14,676 nucleotides of DNA from contig JBHIEG010000036.1 of the NCBI GenBank assembly GCA_046760505.1, positions 1 to 14,676 on the forward strand. Reading direction: 5' to 3'. This stretch comes from Candidatus Hydrothermarchaeota archaeon. GTDB taxonomy: Archaea; CAYFZR01. The notes below the pieces were generated by a model, which made no database searches, was not told the origin of the DNA, and was given only the letters and a program-made list of their open reading frames with translations. The stretch's first letter is position 1; each line of letters opens with the position of its first letter. This document shows, in pieces, positions 1-7,319 of this stretch. The position numbers and the translations under genes are program-made.

Positions 1-1
1 T

Positions 2-289
2 ATTAAATACTCATCCGAGCAAAAGGAGATAGATATCAAACTGATTGAGAGGGAAAATCATATTGAAATCAGTGTTAAGGATAAAGGAATTGGTATTCCT
101 CCCGAAGAGCAGGAGAAGATATTTGAGAAATTCTACCGCGTTGCTGACGCTAGTCATTACAGTCCAAAAGGCGTAGGTCTAGGATTAAAAATCATTAAAC
201 ACATTATGTCCGCTCACAAAGGAGAAATCAAAGTTGAAAGTCAACCAAATAGAGGGAGCACTTTTAGTCTGATCTTTCCAAAATCATGA
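2..289 (+). CDS. Sensor histidine kinase, C-terminal HATPase_c domain (5'-truncated by window)
   Basis: Manual translation of frame 2: IKYSSEQKEIDIKLIERENHIEISVKDKGIGIPPEEQEKIFEKFYRVADASHYSPKGVGLGLKIIKHIMSAHKGEIKVESQPNRGSTFSLIFPKS*. It has the G1 (DKGIGI), F (IFEKFYR) and G2 (GVGLGL) boxes. The stop TGA 287-289 overlaps the ATG of the response regulator (ATGA). Confidence 0.93.
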   Translation: MKYSSEQKEIDIKLIERENHIEISVKDKGIGIPPEEQEKIFEKFYRVADASHYSPKGVGLGLKIIKHIMSAHKGEIKVESQPNRGSTFSLIFPKS

Positions 290-969
290 AAAAAATATTA
301 CTAATCGAAGATGATGAGGGTTTGGTAAAAACGTTAACAACTGCTCTCGAAGCAGAAAACTATGAAGTAACCTCTGCTACTGATGGAGAAGAGGGATTCC
401 GCCTGGCATGTAAGGAAAAGGTTGATTTAATTATTCTCGATTTAGTTCTCCCTTCCTTAAATGGATTTGAACTATGCAGAAACCTGCGCACAAAGGGAAT
501 TAAGACTCCGCTAATCATGCTTACAGGAAAGAGAAAAGAGGAGATTGATAAAGTTTTAGGGCTAGAGCTTGGAGCAGACGATTACATCACCAAGCCTTTT
601 GGAACAAGAGAACTCATGGCCAGAATAAGAGTTATTTTTCGGCGCACAATACCAGAAGATGTCGATATAGAAGAATATTCCTTCGCAGATGTTTATGTAA
701 ATTTCAAAAAGCAGACCGCCTCAAAAGGAAAGAAAGAGCTCTACCTCACTGCCAAAGAATTCGATCTTCTCAAGATCCTCGTTGCGAATGAAGGAGGAGT
801 AGTGAGTAGGGATACGATTCTGGATAAAGTATGGGGGTATGATAAATTTCCTACAACCAGGACAGTGGACACGTTCATCCGTAATTTAAGAAAGAAGATC
901 GAAAATGATCCATCCAATCCTGTCCACCTCATAACTGTACCCTGGTCAGGCTACAAATTTCAGAAGTAA
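286..969 (+). CDS. OmpR/PhoB-family two-component response regulator (receiver + winged helix)
   Basis: Receiver motifs KILLIEDD, DLIILDLVLP, IMLT and GADDYITKPF; C-terminal wHTH LTAKEFDLL...SRDTILDKVWG...RTVDTFIRNLRKKIE...TVPWSGYKF; translationally coupled to the kinase. Confidence 0.96.
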   Translation: MKKILLIEDDEGLVKTLTTALEAENYEVTSATDGEEGFRLACKEKVDLIILDLVLPSLNGFELCRNLRTKGIKTPLIMLTGKRKEEIDKVLGLELGADDYITKPFGTRELMARIRVIFRRTIPEDVDIEEYSFADVYVNFKKQTASKGKKELYLTAKEFDLLKILVANEGGVVSRDTILDKVWGYDKFPTTRTVDTFIRNLRKKIENDPSNPVHLITVPWSGYKFQK

Positions 970-1127
970 TAATATGTATATAAGCCTCGAAAAAAACTCT
1001 TCATCCAATTAAACCTATCCAAATTAACGAAGTCCGAATGATTTACGGCGCTTTTTGAGTCCTCTTCCGCTACCTTTTACCCAGCTTGACATCCCATCAT
1101 GTTATGATTTATCACCCCGGGCAAGGA

Positions 1128-1192
1128 TTAACAAAACTTTGACAAACTCTTAACATCTTTTTAACAACTTTTGCCACTGAGGAGGCTACTGT
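1128..1192 (+). promoter_or_regulatory. Pho-box-like array of OmpR/PhoB-family direct repeats with a candidate -10
   Basis: TTAACA 1128-1133, TTGACA 1139-1144, TTAACA 1150-1155 and TTAACA 1161-1166 start exactly 11 bp apart; a degenerate TTGCCA follows at 1171-1176, then 10 bp, then the -10-like TACTGT at 1187-1192. Confidence 0.72.
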
Positions 1193-1225
1193 AAATGGAG
1201 AACAAAGAACCAACATTGAGGCCAA

Positions 1226-2227
1226 ATGAAGAAAGCCGAGAACAGCACCAAGGTGCTCGTTACCGGAGCAGGGGGATTTATCGGCAGCCATCTGACTGAA
1301 GCGCTCATCGAGAAAGGATATGAGGTTGTTGGCCTATTGGAACCCGAGGACCACAATCCCTGGATAAAAAATATCAACGCTCAGTTCATCAGGGGTGATG
1401 TTACAATAAAAAACTCACTCTACAAAGCAGTAAAGGGTGTCTCTTGCATCTATCATCTGGCAGCCTACAAGACTGGTCCCAGTATCGATAGATACTACAT
1501 CACCAATTACCTGGGCACCAGAAACATGGTGAATGTATGTCTCGAATCAGGAGCAAAGATTAAACGCTTTCTGTTCACATCCTCGATCGCAGCTATTGGG
1601 CCCGGAGAGAAAGGGAAGCTGCTGGACGAAAGCACTCCATGTAAGCCAATTAGCGCTTACGGCAGGAGTAAACTGTTTGCTGAGCAGTTCCTAACTTCAG
1701 TAGGGAAGAAATTGCCTGTCACTATTGTCCGTCTTCCTATAGTCTACGGGCCCAGGTTTTCAGGTTTCCTCCTCCCTATCTTCAAACTCCTGAATAGAGG
1801 ATTCCGGGTTTCTTCCGGACACCCAGCAGCCAATCTTGTCTTTGTGAAGGATATTGCTGAAGGAATCATAATGACTGCAGAAAGTCCCGAGGCGGCCGGA
1901 AAGGTTTACCACTTAGGCGGAGAGAAAAATTATTCAATGGACGAAGTACTTACTTGTATTGAACAGTCTCTGGGGAGGAAAACAATAAAACTGAGACTTC
2001 CCTATTTATTCTGCCTTTTAGTCGCTTGTTTTTCTGAATACCTGTCCAGGGTAAAAATAACAGAACTAATGATACGGAGGCAGAATATAGAAGAATATCT
2101 CAAATACAGCGGTTGGGGAATTGATATCTCTAAAGCAGAGCGAGAGCTGGGCTATAAAGCCCAAACCAGGCTTGAGGAAGGGATGAGGGTAACGCTGGGC
2201 TGGTACAGGAAAGAGGGGCTTATTTGA
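1226..2227 (+). CDS. NAD-dependent epimerase/dehydratase (extended SDR; dihydroflavonol reductase/3-beta-HSD-like)
   Basis: Rossmann motif VLVTGAGGFIG, IYHLAA, FLFTSS, catalytic YGRSK (YxxxK), IVRLPIVYGP and C-terminal KAERELGY. Confidence 0.92.
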   Translation: MKKAENSTKVLVTGAGGFIGSHLTEALIEKGYEVVGLLEPEDHNPWIKNINAQFIRGDVTIKNSLYKAVKGVSCIYHLAAYKTGPSIDRYYITNYLGTRNMVNVCLESGAKIKRFLFTSSIAAIGPGEKGKLLDESTPCKPISAYGRSKLFAEQFLTSVGKKLPVTIVRLPIVYGPRFSGFLLPIFKLLNRGFRVSSGHPAANLVFVKDIAEGIIMTAESPEAAGKVYHLGGEKNYSMDEVLTCIEQSLGRKTIKLRLPYLFCLLVACFSEYLSRVKITELMIRRQNIEEYLKYSGWGIDISKAERELGYKAQTRLEEGMRVTLGWYRKEGLI

Positions 2228-2307
2228 CCGCGATAAAAATTTTACTCAAAGACTGTGCATATGAGAGGGATTCTTGGATTCTTCGTCATTTTTGGGGGTG
2301 ATAGAGA

Positions 2308-3657
2308 ATGAAATCATTCACTCTAGAGCTTATCATGCCCACCCAGAAATATCGCAGATATCCGAGGGGGCTCAGGATGCCCGAGCTGACCCTTCCTGTT
2401 CTGGCTGCTCTTACTCCACCGGGCATCGAGGTCATAATCACAGAAGAAGAGATCGAGGAAGTGACCTTCAAGAGTGGCGTGGACCTGGTGGGATTGAGCT
2501 TTATGACCCCCATGGCTCCCAGGGCCTATGAGATTGCTGATGAATACCGCAGCCGGAGGGTGAAGGTCGTGATGGGGGGCATTCATGCTTCAGCCCTCCC
2601 TGAAGAGGCAGCCCGGCACGCTGATGCCGTCGTCATCGGAGAAGCGGAAAATATATGGAATACCCTGCTAGAAGACTTTGCATCGAACAGGCTCAGAAAG
2701 TATTACAGGTCAGCTGACTTTGCAGACCTGAGCCGGATGCCGCATCCGAGGCGGGAACTTCTTAAAAAGAGTATGACCTTCTCTCCCTATCCTATTCAGA
2801 CCGCTCGCGGCTGCCCGTTCGCATGTGATTTCTGCAGTGTAACAAAGTTTTTCGGAAAAACCTTCCGTTACAGGCCTGTGAAAGAGGTCGTTAGAGAGAT
2901 AGAAAGCACTGAGAAAAAAAATTGGGTCTTCGTCGATGACAACATCATAGGAAACCAAAAGTACGCAAAAAATCTGTTTCGCGAGCTTATTCCCTTGAAC
3001 ATACGCTGGGCAGGCCAGAGCTCAGTCCTCATCGGAAGAAACGATGAACTGCTGAGGCTTGCTGCAGAGAGCGGTTGTACCGGGCTCCTCATAGGGTTCG
3101 AATCCATCTCTTATCAAAACCTTCAGAGTGTCCACAAAAGTTTTAGTAAAGTGGAATACTACGAAGACTGCATCAAGAAACTGCACGACCACGGAATTCT
3201 CGTTCAGGCGTCTTTTATTTTTGGGCTCGACTACGACGACAAAGCTGTCTTTGAGGAGACAGTCGACTTTTTGAGAAAAAGCAAAGTGGCTGCTGTCAGC
3301 TTTTCAGTGCTCACTCCGTTTCCGGGCACACAACTCTTTGAAAAGCTGAGCAGAGAGGGAAGAATTCTTGACTACGACTGGTCAAAGTATGATTTTTCAT
3401 CCGTTGTCTACAGGCCAAAACGTATGACACCAGAAGAGCTCTGGGAAGGAATAAGGAAAGCCAGAAAAGAAATTTACAGCTACAAATCTATCCTCTCCCG
3501 GTTCACAGCGAACCGGTTTCACCCCCTTCTCTATTCAGTTGTGAATCTCAGCTACCATGCAAGGAACAGGAAAATGGCTAGATGCAAAGATAACATGAAC
3601 CGCATATTGAGCTCCAAGTGCAACATAATGGATGACAAAAAAAGAAGGCGAAGATGA
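2308..3657 (+). CDS. B12 (cobalamin)-binding domain radical SAM protein
   Basis: N-terminal B12-binding-type fold (DLVGLS, VVMGGIHAS, AVVIGEAE); radical SAM motif QTARGCPFACDFC (CxxxCxxC), FVDDN, IGFES, FIFGLDYD and LTPFPGT. Confidence 0.92.
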   Translation: MKSFTLELIMPTQKYRRYPRGLRMPELTLPVLAALTPPGIEVIITEEEIEEVTFKSGVDLVGLSFMTPMAPRAYEIADEYRSRRVKVVMGGIHASALPEEAARHADAVVIGEAENIWNTLLEDFASNRLRKYYRSADFADLSRMPHPRRELLKKSMTFSPYPIQTARGCPFACDFCSVTKFFGKTFRYRPVKEVVREIESTEKKNWVFVDDNIIGNQKYAKNLFRELIPLNIRWAGQSSVLIGRNDELLRLAAESGCTGLLIGFESISYQNLQSVHKSFSKVEYYEDCIKKLHDHGILVQASFIFGLDYDDKAVFEETVDFLRKSKVAAVSFSVLTPFPGTQLFEKLSREGRILDYDWSKYDFSSVVYRPKRMTPEELWEGIRKARKEIYSYKSILSRFTANRFHPLLYSVVNLSYHARNRKMARCKDNMNRILSSKCNIMDDKKRRRR

Positions 3658-4979
3658 AAATAACACTCATCTATCCTTCACTGAGTAAGTCCAGCCCATT
3701 AATGCGAAAATGGAAGCAGCCAAAAAGTCACCGCTACCCCGGCCTTGGACTGCTCTATGTGGCCGCGCTCTGCCCACAATCGACAGATATCCGGCTGGTG
3801 GATGATGAGTTCGAAAAGATTCCTTATGATGAGGAAACGGATCTGGTCGGAATCACCGTGCTCACAGCAAACTCAAACCGAGCCTACGAGATATCGAATC
3901 ACTACCGTCAAAAAGGAATCCCTGTGGTGCTGGGTGGAATGCATGTCACTTCCTGCCAGGAAGAAGCCTCGAATTACGCAGATTCAGTAGTTGTTGGCGA
4001 AGCTGAAGACACCTGGCCAAAGCTCCTCAAAGATTTCAATGCTGGCAAGCTGAGACCGATGTATACATCCTCGAATGATGCTGACCTGGCTAATAAACCC
4101 TTTCCAAGAAGGGATCTCGTCAATAAAACAGAATACACGACGATCAACACAGTGCAGGCAACAAGAGGATGTCCTTTTAACTGCGAATTTTGCTCTATAA
4201 CAGCCCTGTTAGGCCGGAGAACGAGATGCAGACCTGTGGAGGAAGTGGTAGAAGAAATCAAATCCCTTGAGGGCACTGAGTTTCTTCTCAACGACGACAA
4301 TCTCGCCCAGAAAATTGACTACTACAAAGAGCTTTTCCGCAGACTCATACCGCTGAAAAAAATGTGGGTGGGCGAGGCATCGTGGAACATTGTGAAAGAT
4401 GAAGAGACACTGGAGCTTCTTAGGGAGAGCGGATGCAGAGGACTGGCAATTGGGTTTGAATCGCTGGAGCCTCAGGACGGTGTGAGCAAAATCATGCCCT
4501 CAAAAAACATATTTCTTCTCTACAAGGAAGTGGTAAGGAAATTACATGAGCATAATCTTATAGTCTACGCAAATTTTCTTTTCGGGTTTGACAACGAAAA
4601 TGTAACAACGTTTGAAAAAACACTCGAATTCGCATTAGAGAGCAAAATTGATGCTGCCCAATTCGGTATTATAAAGCCGTTTCCAGGAACTCCCTTCTAC
4701 AAGCGACTCATAAAAGAAGGAAGGCTCACCGAGAAAAAGTGGTACAACTACACCGGGTGGAATGTCTGCTACAAGCTGAAAAACATGCCAGAGAGAACTT
4801 TCCTTCAAAAATTCTCCTGGATTACAAACGAATTCTTTACCTATCCGAGGATACTATCCCGGGTGATCCGGGCATCGAAGAGGACAGGCCTCTATGGACT
4901 GGGACTTCTCTTTGCCATCAATAGAGGACAAAGAAAATACATAAAGAATTTCTCCCGACAGGTGAAGAGTTCCCTCTAG
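3654..4979 (+). CDS. B12 (cobalamin)-binding domain radical SAM protein (paralog of the upstream gene)
   Basis: DLVGIT, VVLGGMHVT, VVVGEAE, QATRGCPFNCEFC, LNDDN, IGFES, FLFGFD and IKPFPGT; 4-bp ATGA overlap with the upstream paralog. Confidence 0.92.
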   Translation: MKITLIYPSLSKSSPLMRKWKQPKSHRYPGLGLLYVAALCPQSTDIRLVDDEFEKIPYDEETDLVGITVLTANSNRAYEISNHYRQKGIPVVLGGMHVTSCQEEASNYADSVVVGEAEDTWPKLLKDFNAGKLRPMYTSSNDADLANKPFPRRDLVNKTEYTTINTVQATRGCPFNCEFCSITALLGRRTRCRPVEEVVEEIKSLEGTEFLLNDDNLAQKIDYYKELFRRLIPLKKMWVGEASWNIVKDEETLELLRESGCRGLAIGFESLEPQDGVSKIMPSKNIFLLYKEVVRKLHEHNLIVYANFLFGFDNENVTTFEKTLEFALESKIDAAQFGIIKPFPGTPFYKRLIKEGRLTEKKWYNYTGWNVCYKLKNMPERTFLQKFSWITNEFFTYPRILSRVIRASKRTGLYGLGLLFAINRGQRKYIKNFSRQVKSSL

Positions 4980-5047
4980 CCCGAGATTAATTTCAAGAGC
5001 AAATATCGACAGAAGAATTGATGCGGCTATTTACTTACGTGGAATAT

Positions 5048-5452
5048 TTATTCCCTTAGAAAGGCATAGAACCACTCATGAAGAGAGGTTTTATCTGAGG
5101 CATCGATTCCGTATAGGAGAATGCCACTTTCTAAAGCTTCTTTCGCCACTCCCCAGTTCTCCTTGAGAGACGAATGAAATTCTTCAATCGTATAAGGAAA
5201 GACATCCACGGATAGGCCGAGTTTTTCTGGCAGGAACCGGGGTATGCGGTCGTCAAACCTCTCCTTTGAATCCTTCAAGAGAATGACAATATCTACATCG
5301 CTTGCAGGCGTAGCTTCCTTCTTAGCCAGAGACCCGAAAAGGATTATCCCCACTACATCTCTATTTCGAGATAAGCTCTCTGCCCAGGATTTCAATTTAA
5401 TGATGAGCTCTTCGTTATCTAACTTAAAGACCTTGACGGACACAGAACGCAA
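5048..5452 (-). CDS. Minimal nucleotidyltransferase (MNT; putative antitoxin)
   Basis: IILFGSLAKKEATPASDVDIVIL matches the GS-x10-DxD signature, and a third carboxylate lies in SVDVFPYT; 134 aa; overlaps the HEPN gene 3' end by 29 bp. The exact start codon is uncertain. Confidence 0.88.
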   Translation of the reverse strand: MRSVSVKVFKLDNEELIIKLKSWAESLSRNRDVVGIILFGSLAKKEATPASDVDIVILLKDSKERFDDRIPRFLPEKLGLSVDVFPYTIEEFHSSLKENWGVAKEALESGILLYGIDASDKTSLHEWFYAFLRE

Positions 5453-5810
5453 TCACCTCCTCGCAGACTCTTATCGCCTCATCGGCTTCCTCTTTTGTGT
5501 AGTATTTGTATGCTGGTCCTGAGGGATGGGCATTAGGGTATCGGGTAGGAATATAGTATTTATCCAGCTTTTTTGCCTTTTCGATGAGACTGGCTTCAGG
5601 TTTTGTGTCTTCAGACAAGTTCTCCAGTAATTCATATACGGAGTGCCCCCAGGCAATGCAGTTTTTCTTCATATACAATGCCTTTACTGCTTTCTCTGCT
5701 GACTGTTGGGCAGCAAAGCATGCCCAGGCATAATCCCCACTCCCAAGGCTGTTCCGGGCATGTCTTAAATCGGCTTTTGCCTGTTCAAACCAATCTTTGG
5801 ATCTGTTCAT
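5424..5810 (-). CDS. HEPN domain protein (putative toxin)
   Basis: W..QAKADL..A, YAWACFAAQQSAEKAVKA, WGHSV and LDKYYIPTRYPNAH (R-x4-H) are typical of standalone HEPN proteins; SD GGAAGAGGAG on the minus strand at 5826-5817. Confidence 0.92.
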   Translation of the reverse strand: MNRSKDWFEQAKADLRHARNSLGSGDYAWACFAAQQSAEKAVKALYMKKNCIAWGHSVYELLENLSEDTKPEASLIEKAKKLDKYYIPTRYPNAHPSGPAYKYYTKEEADEAIRVCEEVIAFCVRQGL

Positions 5811-5940
5811 AACCTGCTCCTCTTCCTTTTTGAAAATCCCTCATCTGCATTTGAAAACAGAAGAAAATCGCCTTGTCATCTCTTATCTATCTGATTTCAT
5901 CTCGCCTGTCAACCCGGGCCGCTTCTGGAAAAGTCCACCA

Positions 5941-6074
5941 TTTTTACTTTGGCTAGCGCATCTATCTGAGAATAGGGAAGACTCCTCAATTTTTCCCAGG
6001 GAAGACTCCTTTCTAGTTTGGCTGGCGCATCTATCTGAAAATAAGTAAGATAGCTTAATTTTTCCCTGGAAAAG
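5941..6074. repeat. Degenerate 69-bp tandem duplication in the HEPN/cas6 intergenic region
   Basis: 5941-6000 vs 6010-6069 match at 49 of 60 positions by manual ungapped alignment (shared core tttggct(a/g)gcgcatctatctga...aatttttccc). There is also an exact 13-mer agggaagactcct at 5974-5986 and 5998-6010. Confidence 0.85.
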
Positions 6075-6113
6075 AGCTCTTAAATAGGCCTTTTTCACCC
6101 CAAAAAGCACCAT

Positions 6114-6155
6114 CTAAGAAAAAATCTCATTCTTCTTAGTATGGGATTTTTCTAG
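6114..6155. repeat. Imperfect inverted repeat (possible operator or RNA hairpin)
   Basis: ctaagaaaaaatctcat (6114-6130) vs atgggatttttctag (6141-6155, reverse complement ctagaaaaatcccat), 10-nt spacer. Confidence 0.5.
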
Positions 6156-6209
6156 TAATGGAATCTCTTCTTCAGCTTTATTAAAATTTCGAGTTTTTGA
6201 TATTATTCC

Positions 6210-6238
6210 TTGCAAAAAAATTACAGTTATTATAATTT
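6210..6238 (+). promoter_or_regulatory. Candidate sigma70 promoter of the cas operon
   Basis: TTGCAA 6210-6215 followed by TATAAT 6231-6236 (15-bp spacer) or TAATTT 6233-6238 (17-bp spacer) in an AT-rich tract upstream of cas6. Confidence 0.5.
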
Positions 6239-6269
6239 TATCCAAGCAAAAGGAAAACATAAAAATCGG

Positions 6270-7232
6270 ATGCTAAGAAATTTTCGTTTCCAGAAGTTTC
6301 GCTTTTTCTTAAGACCATTAGAGGATATAGAGCTTTCTTCTTTTAAAGGCGCAACACTGAGGGGAGGGTTTGGTAGTGCTTTCAGAAGGATTGTTTGCCT
6401 CAAAAGAGACCTTCCTGGATGTCAAGCGTGTCCGCTGAAAAAAGTCTGTGTCTATTCGTTCATCTTTGAAACCTCCCCTTCTGAAAACTCAACCAAATTA
6501 AGAAAAATGAAAGATATCCCTCGTCCATTTATCATAGAACCGCCCCTGGATGGAAGAAATATTTTTTCGGGTGAAGATTATCTTAGTTTTAATCTCATTC
6601 TCATCGGTCGAGCCATTGATTATCTCCCTTATTTTATATTTACTTTTGAAGAACTCGGTAAGAGGGGATTAGGAAAAGGAAGAGGCAAGTATGAGTTCGA
6701 TCGAGTGGAGGTTTCGCGGCCTGAATCGCAGGACAAGGCTGAGATAATTTATTCTGGAAAGGATAAAATAATTTGTGACTCCTTCGAGCCAATAAAAATT
6801 GAAAAAATACTTACTCAATCGAGCTCAATCAACTCCAATATTATTAGTCTTAAATTTCTCACACCAACCAGAATAAAATTTAACAATAAACTGCTTGGTT
6901 CTCCTGAATTTCATCATCTCATAAGAGCGCTTCTCCATAGAATTTCAGCGCTTTCTTACTTCCATTGTGGACAAGAACTTGAAGTTGATTTTAAAAGGAT
7001 AATTGAGAAAGCTGGAGAGGTAGAAAAGGTATCTTCTGAATTAACATGGTCAGAGTTTGAAAGATACTCCACCAGACAAAAAACAAGGATGAAGATGGGG
7101 GGATTTATAGGAAAAGTAACCTATCGAGGAGATGTTTCTGAATTTTTACCCTTTCTACTCCTGGGCGAACAGATTCACATCGGCAAATCCTGCACCTTCG
7201 GTTTTGGAAAATACATTGTCAATGCCGACTAA
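6270..7232 (+). CDS. cas6: CRISPR pre-crRNA processing endoribonuclease Cas6
   Basis: FKGATLRGGFG, Cys cluster C..GCQACPLKKVCVY, PRPFIIEPP, LKFLTPTRIK, ERYSTRQ..M.MGGFIG and C-terminal G-loop HIGKSCTFGFGKY. ATG 6270 is preferred over the ORF-track TTG 6210, which falls inside the candidate promoter. Confidence 0.93.
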   Translation: MLRNFRFQKFRFFLRPLEDIELSSFKGATLRGGFGSAFRRIVCLKRDLPGCQACPLKKVCVYSFIFETSPSENSTKLRKMKDIPRPFIIEPPLDGRNIFSGEDYLSFNLILIGRAIDYLPYFIFTFEELGKRGLGKGRGKYEFDRVEVSRPESQDKAEIIYSGKDKIICDSFEPIKIEKILTQSSSINSNIISLKFLTPTRIKFNNKLLGSPEFHHLIRALLHRISALSYFHCGQELEVDFKRIIEKAGEVEKVSSELTWSEFERYSTRQKTRMKMGGFIGKVTYRGDVSEFLPFLLLGEQIHIGKSCTFGFGKYIVNAD

Positions 7233-7319
7233 TTTTAGTTTTTGCAAAAAATTTTTATTTACTCTAGAAATATTTTGTATTAGTATTTAGCCACAAAAAA
7301 TGAGAGCATAAGCGGGGGA

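Noticed and set aside
1086-1108. TTGACA 1086-1091 with TATGAT 1103-1108 as a sigma70 promoter
   Set aside because: The spacer is only 11 bp. An extended -10 (TGtTATGAT) is possible but unsupported.
1195-1299. 34-aa ORF (MENKEPTLRPNEESREQ...) with a strong SD GAGGAGG at 1179-1185, out of frame with the SDR gene
   Set aside because: No recognisable motif, and it overlaps the SDR start. If TACTGT 1187-1192 is the -10, this SD is not transcribed from that promoter. It cannot be excluded as a leader peptide on read-through transcripts.
4980-5047. Intrinsic terminator between the convergent rSAM and MNT genes
   Set aside because: No GC-rich stem with a U-tract was found on either strand.
5797-6113. 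ORFs 5797-6048 (+) and 5883-6113 (-) as real genes
   Set aside because: No clear SD or known motif; their internal 23-aa repeats simply mirror the 69-bp DNA duplication. Kept only as one hypothesis in the repeat finding.
5811-6209. A canonical CRISPR array next to cas6
   Set aside because: There are no identical repeats separated by unique spacers; the repeated units are similar along their whole length. The array probably lies beyond cas2, outside the window.
6210-6269. 20-aa N-terminal extension of Cas6 from the TTG at 6210
   Set aside because: No SD, it overlaps the candidate promoter, and Cas6-like sequence begins near ATG 6270.
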